Of a DNA stretch of 64,000 nt, positions 9,801 to 21,817 are shown piece by piece. The notes under the pieces are model-generated. The model had not been told where the DNA came from, searched no databases, and saw nothing but the letters and a program-made list of their open reading frames with translations. This stretch comes from Spirogloea muscicola. Lineage: Eukaryota. Position numbers and translations under genes: made by a program. The stretch spans positions 404,687 to 468,686 of the forward strand of contig WELB01000006.1 in NCBI GenBank assembly GCA_009602725.1, written 5' to 3'. How positions within the stretch are numbered: position 1 is the first letter of the stretch; each line of letters opens with the position of its first letter.

Positions 9801-12800
9801 ACAAGCTGCCAAGTAAGGACTGCATGAGCTGCAAACTGCAGGCCACTAATCTTGTAGGGGACCATAATCGTGATTTTGCCCTCTCAATGCTAAGCCCTGA
9901 TGCTAATCTATGGCAGCAAATTTACTCTCAGCTGTTATTTCTGCTAAGACGGATGCTTCTTTGCTGTGACGGATCTTTCCTTAAATATACATTAAGGATT
10001 ATATACGCTGTGCTTAGGTACATGGATGTCAGACCGTGCTCCACAGGCTTGTACTTGCTAGTGGCAAGAGAGATGGCCCAGCGGTTCTCCTCGCTGGCCT
10101 GAGGTTTCGTCAGCGCCAGCACCGCAGCGCGGTTGTCGTCCAGCCCTGGAGTAAAATTTTCACTGAGAGTAGCAGCCACGCCATCTTTCTGAGAGCCCAC
10201 AACATCACTGAGAGCCCCATTCCCATCTGTGGTTCCTCGGTGCTCTCCTCCAGCTTCGCCAGATGGGTTTTGGAGGGCGACAGTAGCCGTGTCGGGCGCA
10301 CTACTCAACTGCTCCTCACTCGCATCCCCAGAACCGTAGAATAGGTTTACTGCTATGTTGACGTTCCCCTCGGTCAGGTTCAGCAGGTCCCGCGCCTTGA
10401 CGGTCGTCACGGAGGCCCCCAGGACCAGCAGGAGCTGCTCCAGGGCCTTGTCTGAGCCCTCGGCTGCGCCGACCTCCGCCGACGGCTTGTCAAAGAACCT
10501 CAGAATGGACGGCTGCTGGTCTCCTCGTGCGCCGTTGCTGGGCACCCTGCGCCTTCCCCTGCCTCTCTCGGCCTTCTCTTTGGGGCTCGCCACGGTCGCC
10601 CGCTTCGCTGCTGCAGGAGCCGGCGGTGGCGTCCGAGGCCCATCACTCGTTGGTCCCAAGCTCGGCGGCGTCCCAATTGACTGGAGGTCCTCCTCACGAG
10701 CCGTCCCACTTGGCCTCTCGACAACACTTTCATTTCCTTCTTCTCGGCAGCTCTGAACGTCACCTTGCAAGTCAATGGTGCAGACTGTCGAGTCGAAGAA
10801 GAGGCTCACAGCCTTGGCGACGTCGCCGCCAGCCTGCGTGATGAGCCCCTGGAGCATGTCGCGCGACACACTGTGAGGAAGTATGGCCTTGAGCTCGTCC
10901 AGTGGACCAGGCACAGTCTCGGCTACGCTCGTTCCAACACAAATTGTTGGCAAGTCTGTAGCTCTTGTGGGGCCCTCCTCCCATGTAATCTCCGCGTCAA
11001 GCTCTAACGGCACCTCCATATCCTCCAGCTTTGGTACAGCCATGCCAGCTGCCTCGACCTGCCGCCGTCGTTTCCGCGCACCTCGGCCAAAGGCCACCAC
11101 TGGCGGCGATGCAGCCTCGGTGTGCTCACGGTCGGTGGCAAAAAACGGCGGCCTCCGTGAGCTCCGGCAGAGGCCGCTGCCAGCGGCAGCCTGCTGCTGC
11201 CCGCTAGCGGACCCCGGCCCCGGCCCTGCCTGGCTTGACGACCCCTTCCGATCCTCCATGTCTTGGTCTTCGCCATGCTCGTTCTCAGTCACACTGATGC
11301 CAGCTTCCTTGTCCAACGAAGTTCGTGGTTCCTCCTCGCGTGTGATGAGCTTCTTCTTGTCGTTCTTCATGTCGTTCTCACTGGGGGCCCCACTCACCAC
11401 ACTTAGGGGCAACGAGGCATCAGGCTCGTCGGGACGACATCGAGACAGGGTTGTCAGGAAGCGCCTCTTGCTGGCCGTCTCATCCACTAAGTTGCGGAAG
11501 TGCTTGCGCATTGATGCCACCGCCTTGCTGCCCATATCACTGCCTGCATCTCCAACAGGCGATCCTTAACAACCGCAATCTCATAGGAATTGCCTAAGTC
11601 ATCAGCAGATCATTCTTTTTGTCACAACTTCAGAATGTCTTTGATGATGTTCTGACAGTGATGTGACGTTGGCCCTGCTTAGACTTCATGAAGCAGAGAG
11701 GTGCACAAGATGTTTTCATGCTAAATGCCAAGCCCATCTCCCCTTCAATGTTCCAAGACTATGGCTTGATGGAATACAACCCAATCCCCAAGCTTGATGT
11801 GCTCGTCCCATAAGAAACCTTCATAAGTATGACTGCAAAGAAGATGTCAATCTCACCCACAATACCAACTGTTGGTATAATCTGGTGAGGCCGCAGATAC
11901 CGCACATACTCCCGCAGCTCATCGTAGTTGGAATGTTCGCTGTACGGCACCAGATGGATTTCAAATGGGCCCTGCAAGGCAAGTCCTTGAGAGCACAGTC
12001 AAAGCTGTCACACAACACTTTTCTGAATTTCTCTCAGTTTCACAGCCACTGCATGTTGCAATGCACAGCAGCGCAGACACAAAGCATTAGACACTCCAAA
12101 AATCTAGTGTGCTGCACAGTGGAGCAAGTCAACTATTTGTCAAGTGCAACCTCAGTTTGACCAGGTTGGGCACTCCCACCTTGCGTCGCACGGAGAAAGT
12201 CTTCTTCTTGACCTCATATGTCCACCCTGTGGGCACGAAGCCAACGACTCGCTTGAAACCAGCGCCGCGCTGCATTGCCCGTGCCATGTTCTTGAAGTTG
12301 GGCCGGAAGAAGGGCCAGGTTTCCCCCAGGAAGCTCCATCCCACGACATGCACCCTGGCAGTAGTGGTCAAAGTCCACCATGGTGTCAAAGCAGAATCAC
12401 TGGGAGGAAGTCATGATAGAGCACGATCTAACTATGACAAGACCGGCACCTTGTGGCTGTCGGGTCGGTCGTGAAAATGCTCATGTCCTCGAGGCCGAGG
12501 CAGCCGAGGATTGCAAGCTTGCGCTCCGTAACGTGGAGCTGGCAGCCGCAGCGCCGCGCCACGGCAGTGAGGATCTTCTCCTTGCCGATGACATATGTGG
12601 ATAACAGATACAGAGTGCCACCAGCCACCTTCCTGGAGGCCTGCGGCGAGGATGGCAGCGGCAGGGCACTGAGCTCGTCTTCGTCCACCTCGCAGGTCTC
12701 CGGCACAGGCAGGTCTGGCCTGGCGGCAGAAGCTGGCGTCGTCTCCAACTCCTCTCCACCCAACTCATCCTCTCCGCCCCTCTCTTCCTCCTCTCCTTCC

Positions 12801-14415
12801 TCTTCCCCTCCTCCCTCCTCCTCCAGCCTGCTCTCCTGCACGCCTGCCTCGCCGCCCTCCCCTTCAGTTGGTACGTTGCTGTCTGCGTCCGCTGAGCCAC
12901 TGTCGTCCTGCTTGTCGGCCTCCTCGCTGTGCATGAGTTGGTGGACGGTGTCGGCGACGTAGGCCACTGACTCCGCCTGGTCCGGAAACACATATCGAGG
13001 GTTGCAGTACGTGGTGTCAAGGAACACGGCATCGGCACCGACGAAGGCTGCCAGGTGTGGATCGGCCCGCATCGCCGAATCGTAGCGCATGTCGCCCACG
13101 TGCACATACCTGCAGCCGGACGTCGCACACATTTCCACCAGGTCACAGTCTACACATACATACATACCATCTGCCTCCAAGCATCCCTGATCTAATGCAA
13201 TCACTGTTACCACATTTCCTTCAACTATTATTGAGATCAACATTTTAGATCAATCTGCATTGGCACAAAATTTGTTAGTGGCGAGCGGCACGAGCAGCGG
13301 CCATCTGAGCTGCAGCTCAGCCCCAGCACAGCTGACTCTGTCAGCCGCCAGAACCCTCGTTACCGAGGTTTGGGTCTGCAGACGGTGCCTGCGTGTGGGC
13401 TCCCCGGCGATGCGGAAGAGGAACTGCACGGCGCCGGGGCAGTGGTTGGCGTCCACCATCGTCACCTCCACGCCATCCACCTGCAAAAGCTCTTGCCGAA
13501 TTCGTGAGCACCACCTACCCAGGCCTTTCCAAGCCGTATCCTTGGCCTTCTCAAGCATTTCCAGAAGGCCCCAGAGGTCTCTGACGGCCCTCGACACGAG
13601 GCAAACATTTGCAAGCCTGTCAACAGCCTTTCCACACCTTCCCAAGCCCTCCTCAGCCTTCTCAAGCCATTCCGAGAGCTTCTGAAAGGCCTCCAGTGGC
13701 CAATTTGAGCTGGAGCAAGCTTCTGCAAGCCTCCGTAGTTCCTATTCGTCCTGGCATGACCATCTGCTCGCAGCTCCGTAGTCCTTCCCCGGAGTGCCAG
13801 CAGCCTGCTGCAGCAGAGCCCGTCGGCCCGCCGTGCCGTCTGCTCGCCCTGAACCCCGACCCTAATCCTAAGTCCTGAGCCCCCAAAACATGTCGCCTAA
13901 CCGTGAATGAAAAATCCATAACCTGAACCCCTCAAGCCTAAAAAGAAGAATGAACAAGGTCCAGAGGAAGAGACGCTTGCAGTAGAGGGCGATGACTGTG
14001 AGAGGCCAGCCCAGAAAGAGGGATGAGTAATTGACGGTCTCTGACGAAGTCGTGCCAAGTGGAGGGGACCTGGAAGGGCGTGGCGAGCGGCGCGGCGCGG
14101 AGGAGAGGGCGCGGGACGCCGAGTGCCAGCGCCGCCAGCCGCGCCGTCGTGGGCGAGCAGAAGACGAGGCCGCCGCGCCAGCCCGCCGCCAGCCCCGCGT
14201 AGTGGTCCGCGTGAAAGTGCGACAGGAAGTAGGCGCGGCTCCAGGCGCCGCCGCCGCCGTCGCCGCCGCCACCACCGCCGCCGCTACAGCAGCATCAGCA
14301 GCAGCAATACGGGCAGCCCGAACAGGCAGGCGCATATGGTCAAGCCTCAACACAGAGCCTATCATCGCCACCTGTGCCATATGCTCAAGCTCCCCAGCAG
14401 CCTCTCCCGCAGGTA
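3888..14415 (-). CDS. LIG6: DNA ligase 6: SNM1/Pso2-type metallo-beta-lactamase/beta-CASP domain fused to an ATP-dependent DNA ligase. Multi-exon; the 5' end lies in the N gap.
   Basis: Nuclease exons: AYFLSHFHADHYAGL (~14200), DANHCPGAVQFLF, HVGDMRY, FLDTTYCNP, YVIGKEKIL, GFVPTGW, VPYSEHSNYDEL. Ligase exons: APYLHLARTF, KPMLAK, CEYK|YDGQRAQIH (motif I split by an intron), FVFDIL, EGVMVK, KRSDAWLK, GISMRFPRF. Stop at 3888-3890. Confidence 0.93.
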
Positions 14416-14824
14416 NNNNNNNNNNNNNNNNNNNNNNNNNNNNNNNNNNNNNNNNNNNNNNNNNNNNNNNNNNNNNNNNNNNNNNNNNNNNNNNNNNNNN
14501 NNNNNNNNNNNNNNNNNNNNNNNNNNNNNNNNNNNNNNNNNNNNNNNNNNNNNNNNNNNNNNNNNNNNNNNNNNNNNNNNNNNNNNNNNNNNNNNNNNNN
14601 NNNNNNNNNNNNNNNNNNNNNNNNNNNNNNNNNNNNNNNNNNNNNNNNNNNNNNNNNNNNNNNNNNNNNNNNNNNNNNNNNNNNNNNNNNNNNNNNNNNN
14701 NNNNNNNNNNNNNNNNNNNNNNNNNNNNNNNNNNNNNNNNNNNNNNNNNNNNNNNNNNNNNNNNNNNNNNNNNNNNNNNNNNNNNNNNNNNNNNNNNNNN
14801 NNNNNNNNNNNNNNNNNNNNNNNN
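14416..14824. other. Assembly gap (N run) covering the 5' ends of LIG6 and the DUF98 gene
   Basis: Run of N. Coding exons approach the gap from both sides on opposite strands. Confidence 0.95.
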
Positions 14825-16462
14825 GAGGCTCCGGGTGGCGCGGCGGCGGCGCCGCCGGCGGGGAGCCGGGAGCCGCCTCCGGGCGGAGGCGCGGCCGTCG
14901 AGCTCGGCGCTGGCCTGCCCTGGAGCCCCGTCGACGCCGTGTGGGAGGTGCGGCCCCGGATCTGCAGCAGCCCCGCCATGGCGCCTGAAAGGCTTATGTC
15001 ATTCCGATCAGAACTGAACCTTGTACTCAAACCTTGAAAGTATTAAGGAGCGCTGACAGGTATGACCCCCCAACTGCAGCCTCCGCGCAGCAGCAGTCCT
15101 GCTGATGCGCCTAAACCCCTTACCCTACTCCTATGCCCCTAATCCTAACCCTAAAGCCTGACCTACAACCCTAAACCACAACCCTAAACCTGAAACCCCA
15201 GAGCCCAATGCCGCAACTTCACACTCTGGTAAGTGGGCTGACACCCCACCTGCAGCTCGTGGGCGGCGGCAGGCCTCGGAGGCGGACGCCATGGCCAGCG
15301 GCGCGCTGCGGCGGCGGCTCGCGCCGCCCTGGCGCGTCCTGCTGCTCAGCGACGGCTCCGTGACGCGCCACCTGCAGCTCCTCGCCGACTGCGGCGCCAT
15401 AGCCGCCGACTGCTTCCAGATGGCGCCGATCGGCCAGGACGTCGCCGGCCTTCCGCCCTCCGTTGCCCTCATCCCGGGGCCCCGACTGCAACGTCAGGTA
15501 CGCTGGTGCCGCCAGCAGGTTCCCCCTTGTCAGTAGCCCTCGGTTTGGGTTGTTGGTGACTTTGTTATGGATGGTAGTTAGCTCTATATATAACTCCATG
15601 GTATGTTGCAGTCGAGGGCCACATTATCTCTGCAGTATGTTTCGAGTATGGGCAGCAGTCAGGTTAGGACTTATGTAGTTGAGTCAGGACGTGCTTGCTG
15701 AGGCAGGTGTTCCTGCGGAGCTCCTCGGGGCAGGCGCTGGTGTACGCAGCATCATGGTGGGCCACCGAGACGGCGGCAGCGGTTCTTCAGCAGGTCCAGC
15801 GGCCCATGTGGGTGAGCCTAAGCGCGCAACGCACCGAGCTCTTCCGCGATGTCCAGCGCCTCTACCTTGGCTACTCCAAGCCACTTGAGAGGTATGCGCG
15901 CCTGCGGGCTTCCTTGGACTCTGTGCTTGGCCTGCAGTCAACTAATCCTACGATGCAGTCGCAATCATAAAGTCTAGAGTGGAACTTATAACCGAATCAG
16001 ATGCCTACTTTCCTATCAGAGACGTGCAGGGACACTCTGTACTGTACACGAACCTCATCCACTTGCTTAAGTCATGAAGTCTCTGTTAACAGCCAGACAT
16101 TACATGCTGGACAGATTTCCAGTATTGCCTATCTCAACCTGCTGCTGTCAGACCTTACGAAATAGTATATCAAACAGGATCCCTGCTGTCTGACCCATGC
16201 TATACTTTCACAAAGAAAGTGCAGTGTTGACCTTCGTTCCCACAGTCACCATAAACTATGATCGCGAGTTCACAGTGAGTCTCTTATGTCCAGGGCGTTT
16301 GGCACAGAAGGCCCCTTTTGGGCGAGGCTCTACGTGTTCTACCGCGATGGGAAGGCCATCACACTGATCTACGAGGTCTTCTCGCCTGCACTGGACCAAT
16401 ATCTTGGTCCATCAGAGCTCGACAAGCATCCATCATTAGGTGTGCCATCGCAGTCTTCCTGA
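14825..16462 (+). CDS. Chorismate pyruvate-lyase-like protein (cyanobacterial UbiC/Ycf21, DUF98). Multi-exon; start probably in the gap.
   Basis: Spliced product ...LPWSPVDAVWE|ASEADAMASGALRRRLAPPWRVLLLSDGSVTRHLQLL...RLQRQ|VFLRSSSGQALVYAASWW...RTELFRDV...LER|AFGTEGPFWARLYVFYRDGKAITLIYEVFSPAL*. Approximate exons: <14825-14947, 15273-15497, ~15708-15891, 16294-16462, with GT-AG introns. LLLSDGSVTRHL and LIYEVFSP are hallmark DUF98 motifs. Confidence 0.85.
15110..15200 (+). repeat. Degenerate plant telomere-like (CCCTAAA) repeat cluster inside an intron
   Basis: About ten 6-7 nt variants in series (CCTAAA, CCCTAA, CCTAAC, CCCTAAA, CCTGAAA). A weaker similar patch lies at ~13845-13940. Confidence 0.6.
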
Positions 16463-16991
16463 GCACGTCACTCCTGCTCTTGCGAGACTGTAAGCACAGT
16501 GCTGGAATGATCTGTGGTAGACTGTGCCTTAAAGACTGTCATATTCAGAAAGTATTGAGTTACAAGGTGCACAACGGCATCGGGTGCAGGGTATGCCCAT
16601 CCTCCCATTCTTTTGAAGCCTCCGCCTACTCGCCATGAAGCTTCTTGCTTGCCTGTGTCAGAGCTCCCTTGGACATTTCACCAATGCAGTAGCAGGGGCA
16701 CAGAGCTGAGAAATGTTTCAGCCACCTATGGTAAAGCAAAGAAAATCAATTTGTGATTAGCATGTCTAGCGAATCCCCTTTCTATAAGTTTGGGAAAGCA
16801 CTTCAGCCCCTTCGGACTTTGTCAAATCGTTTTGGGCTGGGCTGTTCACCACCCTCGCCCCCTTTGAAAGAGCCACTTTCTTCTTTTCTCTGTCCACAGT
16901 ATTTTCGTGAATAGCCAGTGACATCGCCATGTGCTATATGAGCACATTATCACAATGGCCACAAAAATGCCAGTAATAGCTGGAAGATCTG

Positions 16992-19900
16992 CTAGAGAGT
17001 GGAGGCAGGGAGGCCGCAGTACTTGGCAGGGCTGCAAGTGCGAGCACGGCAGCTCTCTGCATCCACTCCGCAGTCGGACTCAATCCGGCAGGTGTGATCA
17101 CGCCGCCTGTCAGCCACATGGCAGGCGCTCCGGGGGTGCCAGGCAGTGGACCCTGTGTGCGCACCTGGCCTCAAGTCCGGGCACATCCGGTGGCTCATAG
17201 CTGACCCCTTCCTCGACTGTGCAAGAGTTGTTAAGGAGAGGTTTAGGATTCACATGGACCAGATCAGTGGCAAGTCCTTTACTGTAAGCATGGACGCTCT
17301 TGAACGGCCTTGGAGTCAGTGAGTGCTTTGGGACGCTGCAACCAATTCGAAAGCAGACCACAACAGACAGCTCCACCATAACTTACCTGCTTGCCACGAC
17401 TGGTGACCGTGACATTGCCAGACCTCTTTCGTTGTCGGTGCCAGGCCTTGAGCACAGGCAGGGGATGGCCCTCTGTTGAAAAGATGTAATTCCCTCCTTT
17501 CATGAAGGTGTCATCAAAGAGTAGGTATAGGTATTTACACCTGCAAGTCTTCTCCACTCAAATTCAGCACTTTTCTTCTCATTGAGCATACTTCACATGT
17601 GTCATCACATTCATACTGTAGGAATAGGTGACAGACTGTGATACTGCATATATACCACCAGTAGCAGGATGATCCTATTTGCAATTGCAGCTTGCGAAAT
17701 TGCAATTGAGAGGCTGACATGGGCGAGCTGCAAACAGGACCAGCCTTGAGCAAGAGTAGAACCTCACGTTTCAGCTAAGAAGAAGCTGTGCTGGTGGTCT
17801 TCTAACTCCATTGTGGTGACATCACGCACACTAGCAAATCCTCCAGCTACACGGGTCAACACGTTCAGAGAATTCACGATCGTCCTCCCCACGTCCAGGT
17901 ACCAGGGATCTGTACAATGGACTGGTCAGAGTCAGTGCTAAGGCCTCCCACTACATGCCACAGATTTCAGCGTCTAGATACTAGGTGGAGAGCAATGCTT
18001 AATAATTGCAGCAACTTGCAATATTGCTGGTGTGCAGATAAACTAGTGCGCCGAAATGTCTAAGGGCATGCAACTGAATGATCAGCGAAGAGCAGATTGT
18101 GCCCTTTAGAGCCAAGGGGAAGTTTGGAGCACCTTGTGTTGCCTGGTACAACGCAAACGTTGACTCGGCGAGCTCAGGCCTAAGCGGGTAGTATCTCTCA
18201 GTGGGGTGAGGTTCTTGGTGGCTGTAAAAGTACCTGTTACAAGAAATACAACCGGTTCTGAGAAGCTGGTTATAAGTGCCACCGCTTAGGCAAGTGGCAT
18301 ATCAGCCACAGGCTGTAAAATCTCAGGCACCTATCTCCTCCACCAGAAAACGTGATGAGGGTGCAGTTGAGGAGCAAGCATGACCTTTCTGGGAAGATCC
18401 CAAACTTCTCCCAGACACTGAAGAAGCTCCGGTGACTTTCATTGGCAGCAGATACGTCTCCCATCAGGACCTACCAAAATATTCCACAAATACATTCAAG
18501 TCAGACCAGAAATTGAGGAATTGAAAATCTGCTAGCGGAGGAAAGCGGCCCAAGCGGAACATGCCATACCTGGACAGCAGGCCAGAAAGCCTGCAGACTC
18601 GTAAATTGCAGATGAGTAGGCTGCCCTGTGTGCATGTCTGCTTCATGGTACCTAAAAGTTGTCGATGTACGTCCAGACCACCAACTTATCAATTGTGACT
18701 TGATTTCCAACCATTCAAGTAAGTCACTCTTCAAGTAGCGGATATTTACGTGCACAATTACTCAGTACATTCGCCTAGCTCACAGCGTAAAGGGATGCGC
18801 TGGGGCAGCTTTGCAAGTATACAAATCACTTAAGTGAATATGCAGATTGTAGCTGATTATACCAGGGCCCTGATCTGTAGTGCTGCTGGACAGCTGAATA
18901 GGCAGCCTGGAACATTTGCCAGTACTCGTCTTCGCCAAAAAGGATGTGAGCTTTCAAGAGGTACTCAAACAATGAGTCAACACCTGCGGGCACGTATTAC
19001 TATACGTGACTAAGAAGCTCAAATGGGTCCTCACTTATATAACCGAGATCTCATAAACTCAATGACTAGATTCTGGACAATAGGCGAGCATAACAGATCA
19101 GTATCAAGATTGAGAATTCGTTAATTTTCAGACTAGCCAGATTGAGCAGCCATAAGACAAAGGTCAAAGTTGTGGATTTTGTGAAGCATGCTTGTGAAGC
19201 TACCCCGAGTATTGCCGAGTTACCAGCCCACACGCATCAGCTATTGCAGTGTGGCAGTGAATTATTTGATAACAAAGTGAATTTCACTTTAGCCATGCTA
19301 AAGTGAAATTGATACCTGCCCCTATACCAGAGGATTGTTCGATCCATTCTCCTGTCTCAACATTTAAGGTTGTGCCGACAAGATTCAAGCTGCTCCGCAT
19401 GCCCCACAGTCTTCTAAGAGCTCTGAGGGCAACAGTCTCAAAGATGTCATTCTTGGTTAGGCGGGATAAGATCCCAAACTCGAGGATAAATGATCCTGCA
19501 AGAAGACGGCCAAATAGATAACCGGCTTTGGTCAACTAATTCAATACGACTTCTTCACATTACAAAGATAAACGCTTGAGTTTTGGCACAATCAATCAAG
19601 AAAAGAAGAATTGGAGGTAAGCACACTCCCCAAGCCTGGGGTCTGTTTGATAGCAGATTCAGCAAATTTAGTCATTAGTATCTCTACAGAAGTTCTAAAG
19701 TAGATCTTACCACAGCCTGCCGTGCTTGTCTCTGCTGTTTCATTCTCCCTGACACCATGCTGCACACTTGCCAGTTTATGCAGGTCAGAAGGATGCAAAC
19801 TCTCGTTACTTATATCATGTCGTCAGGAACTTCATCCAAGCACTCACTACACTAATTGAGATCAGTACCACCAAAAACGAGTGGCTGAGATGCACTTGTG

Positions 19901-21582
19901 GTCAATGCATAAATTCGAAACTCACCTTGAGATTGACCCAAGCGTATGGAATGCCGGTGGGACTCTGGAAAGCTGGAAGAAGGCGCCGACCTAGATCCTC
20001 TGCCAGTGCTAGAAGGCGCCCGTCATACCACTTCTGCAGCAATTTGCTCCCAGGACTCTTGGCCAGGAGATGTGCCGAAAGCAGTCCTCCTAGTATGCGA
20101 ATATTACACTGTCATGCATACTAGATACACGTGTCAGGCTGACCACAAATGTGCACCATTGTTATACCTATGTGGGTGTCTTACTGTGCCTGTGTGCATG
20201 TGCTTCTGTGTCCGAGGCTGGTCCCTTAATAACTCCGCACTTGCATGTGAACGGTGGTTCGAGTTGTTACAGCTCTCAATTTACCTCAAACACATTGACC
20301 CGCACGTCAGTATCAAAAGAAATCGATTTGCTGAGCCATTTCATGGACTTCTCAAATTCTGATCCATTTCCAAGCACTGCAAGACTGCCAGCTATGGAGC
20401 TTGTCAGTTGTCGTTTATCCTCTATGCAAGGAGAACTTTGAGACCGCAGACAGATTCAGAACACCACATATATTGAAGGTCTTCAACTCACCTTGTCAAG
20501 GAATCTATAAGGGTGAGAGCTGTTCCATTGTATGTCTCAGACAAATGCTCCAACTGCATCGTGTCACGAAGTAAAGCAGGTTGCACAATGTCAAGAATGT
20601 CCAATTTCAGGAGATATTACAGCACAGAGGATGCAGTAAGCACAGGTACACCGACTTTACAACAGTGTGACTGTTTTCTAACAGAGGGCTGTTAATGAAA
20701 ATTGTCTTAATATATGAGTGTCAGATACCTGCAGATTGCCAAGCTCCCCAAGGGAGTCCGTGTACGACTTCGTCAAAGGCTTCAGCTCGTCGTGCTATCA
20801 CCAAGTGCACAGAGTAACCCCTCAATCAGCTCTCAACCACAGCCTTGTGATCTTTTGGCTTGCCACGTATCCTCACAGGCGTTGGATGATACACTTCATG
20901 ATTTCCTTCCAAAGTCTGGCTTGCAGCATCTGTGTAATTTTGTGAGCTCCAATAAGCCAGACTATTTGAATTGATTTCCTCATCAGCGATCTTGGACGAG
21001 GTACGCAACTTACAGGGAAGGCGTGCAACATGTAATTGTCATAGGCGTGGTAAAACCTGTGTGACCCACAAAATGCTTTGTCACTATTCAAGAGAGGTGC
21101 TCATAAAACAGAACAAAATGAAGCTTGCAACTAATGTAAACAATTATTGACGCCAGGCAAGCCGACCACTCTGCTTTTCTTGACACGAAGAGGAGCCATG
21201 ACGTCTGGAATTACTGGGGAATGGAGGGGTAAATGCGAATAGGGATGAAGGGAAAAGGATGTGAATCTGATCTGTCACGATATCTGTTTTCTCCATTGAT
21301 AGAGCTCGGTTTAGGGTCTCAATGTTGGAATGAGCAGAAAGAGCTCATCGTGGACAAGTCATCGGCCACGATAGAGGGTCAACTAATTCAAGAAATGTTC
21401 TTCTGAAGGTGGAGCTATTGGCCTCGAACAAGGAGGAGAGGCGCGAACATCTGGCGGACGTCCTCTCGCAGCGCCGCCTTGTCCTCCAGGAGCATGGCCA
21501 TCACCGAGCGCGTGACGAGGAGGAGCGGAAGGAGCAGCCGCGCAAGCAGGAAGCGGCCGCAGCTGGCAGGGCCCCCCGCCAT
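16992..21582 (-). CDS. MNS5: GH47 class I alpha-mannosidase, EDEM-like ERAD enzyme (MNS5 type), multi-exon
   Basis: Signal/TM N-terminus (ATG 21582), then FYHAYDNYMLHAFP, HDELKPLTKSYTDSL, ETSTAGCG, SSGIGAG, YYPLRPELAES, HSFFLAET, CKYLYLLFDD, FSTEGHP. The Cys-rich tail SACHV...DCGVDAESCRARTCS..YCG is typical of MNS5. Stop at 16992-16994. Confidence 0.92.
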
Positions 21583-21817
21583 TGCCGGCAGCCCTGCGGA
21601 GGGCCTCCGGCACCATGGGCGGCGCCGCGAGGACCCTCCCGCCGTCGAAGCTCCGCTGCCTTTGAGGCGGGCAGCGTCTGCCACGCCGCAAGTTGCGCCG
21701 CCTGTGGCGCGAGACCGCCACGCTGAGGCTGGTCGCCGCTCTGGAGTGGGACCGGTCTGATCAAATCAGAAGTAGGTCGCTGCATACAAGGTTCGGGTGA
21801 TCGAAACTGGCTCTCCC

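Noticed and set aside
14362..15030. Minus-strand ORF with ATG at 14979 as the LIG6 start
   Set aside because: The same DNA reads better as a plus-strand DUF98 exon (LPWSPVDAVWE|ASEAD joins in frame through GT-AG). The ORFs spanning the N gap are artefacts of X translation.
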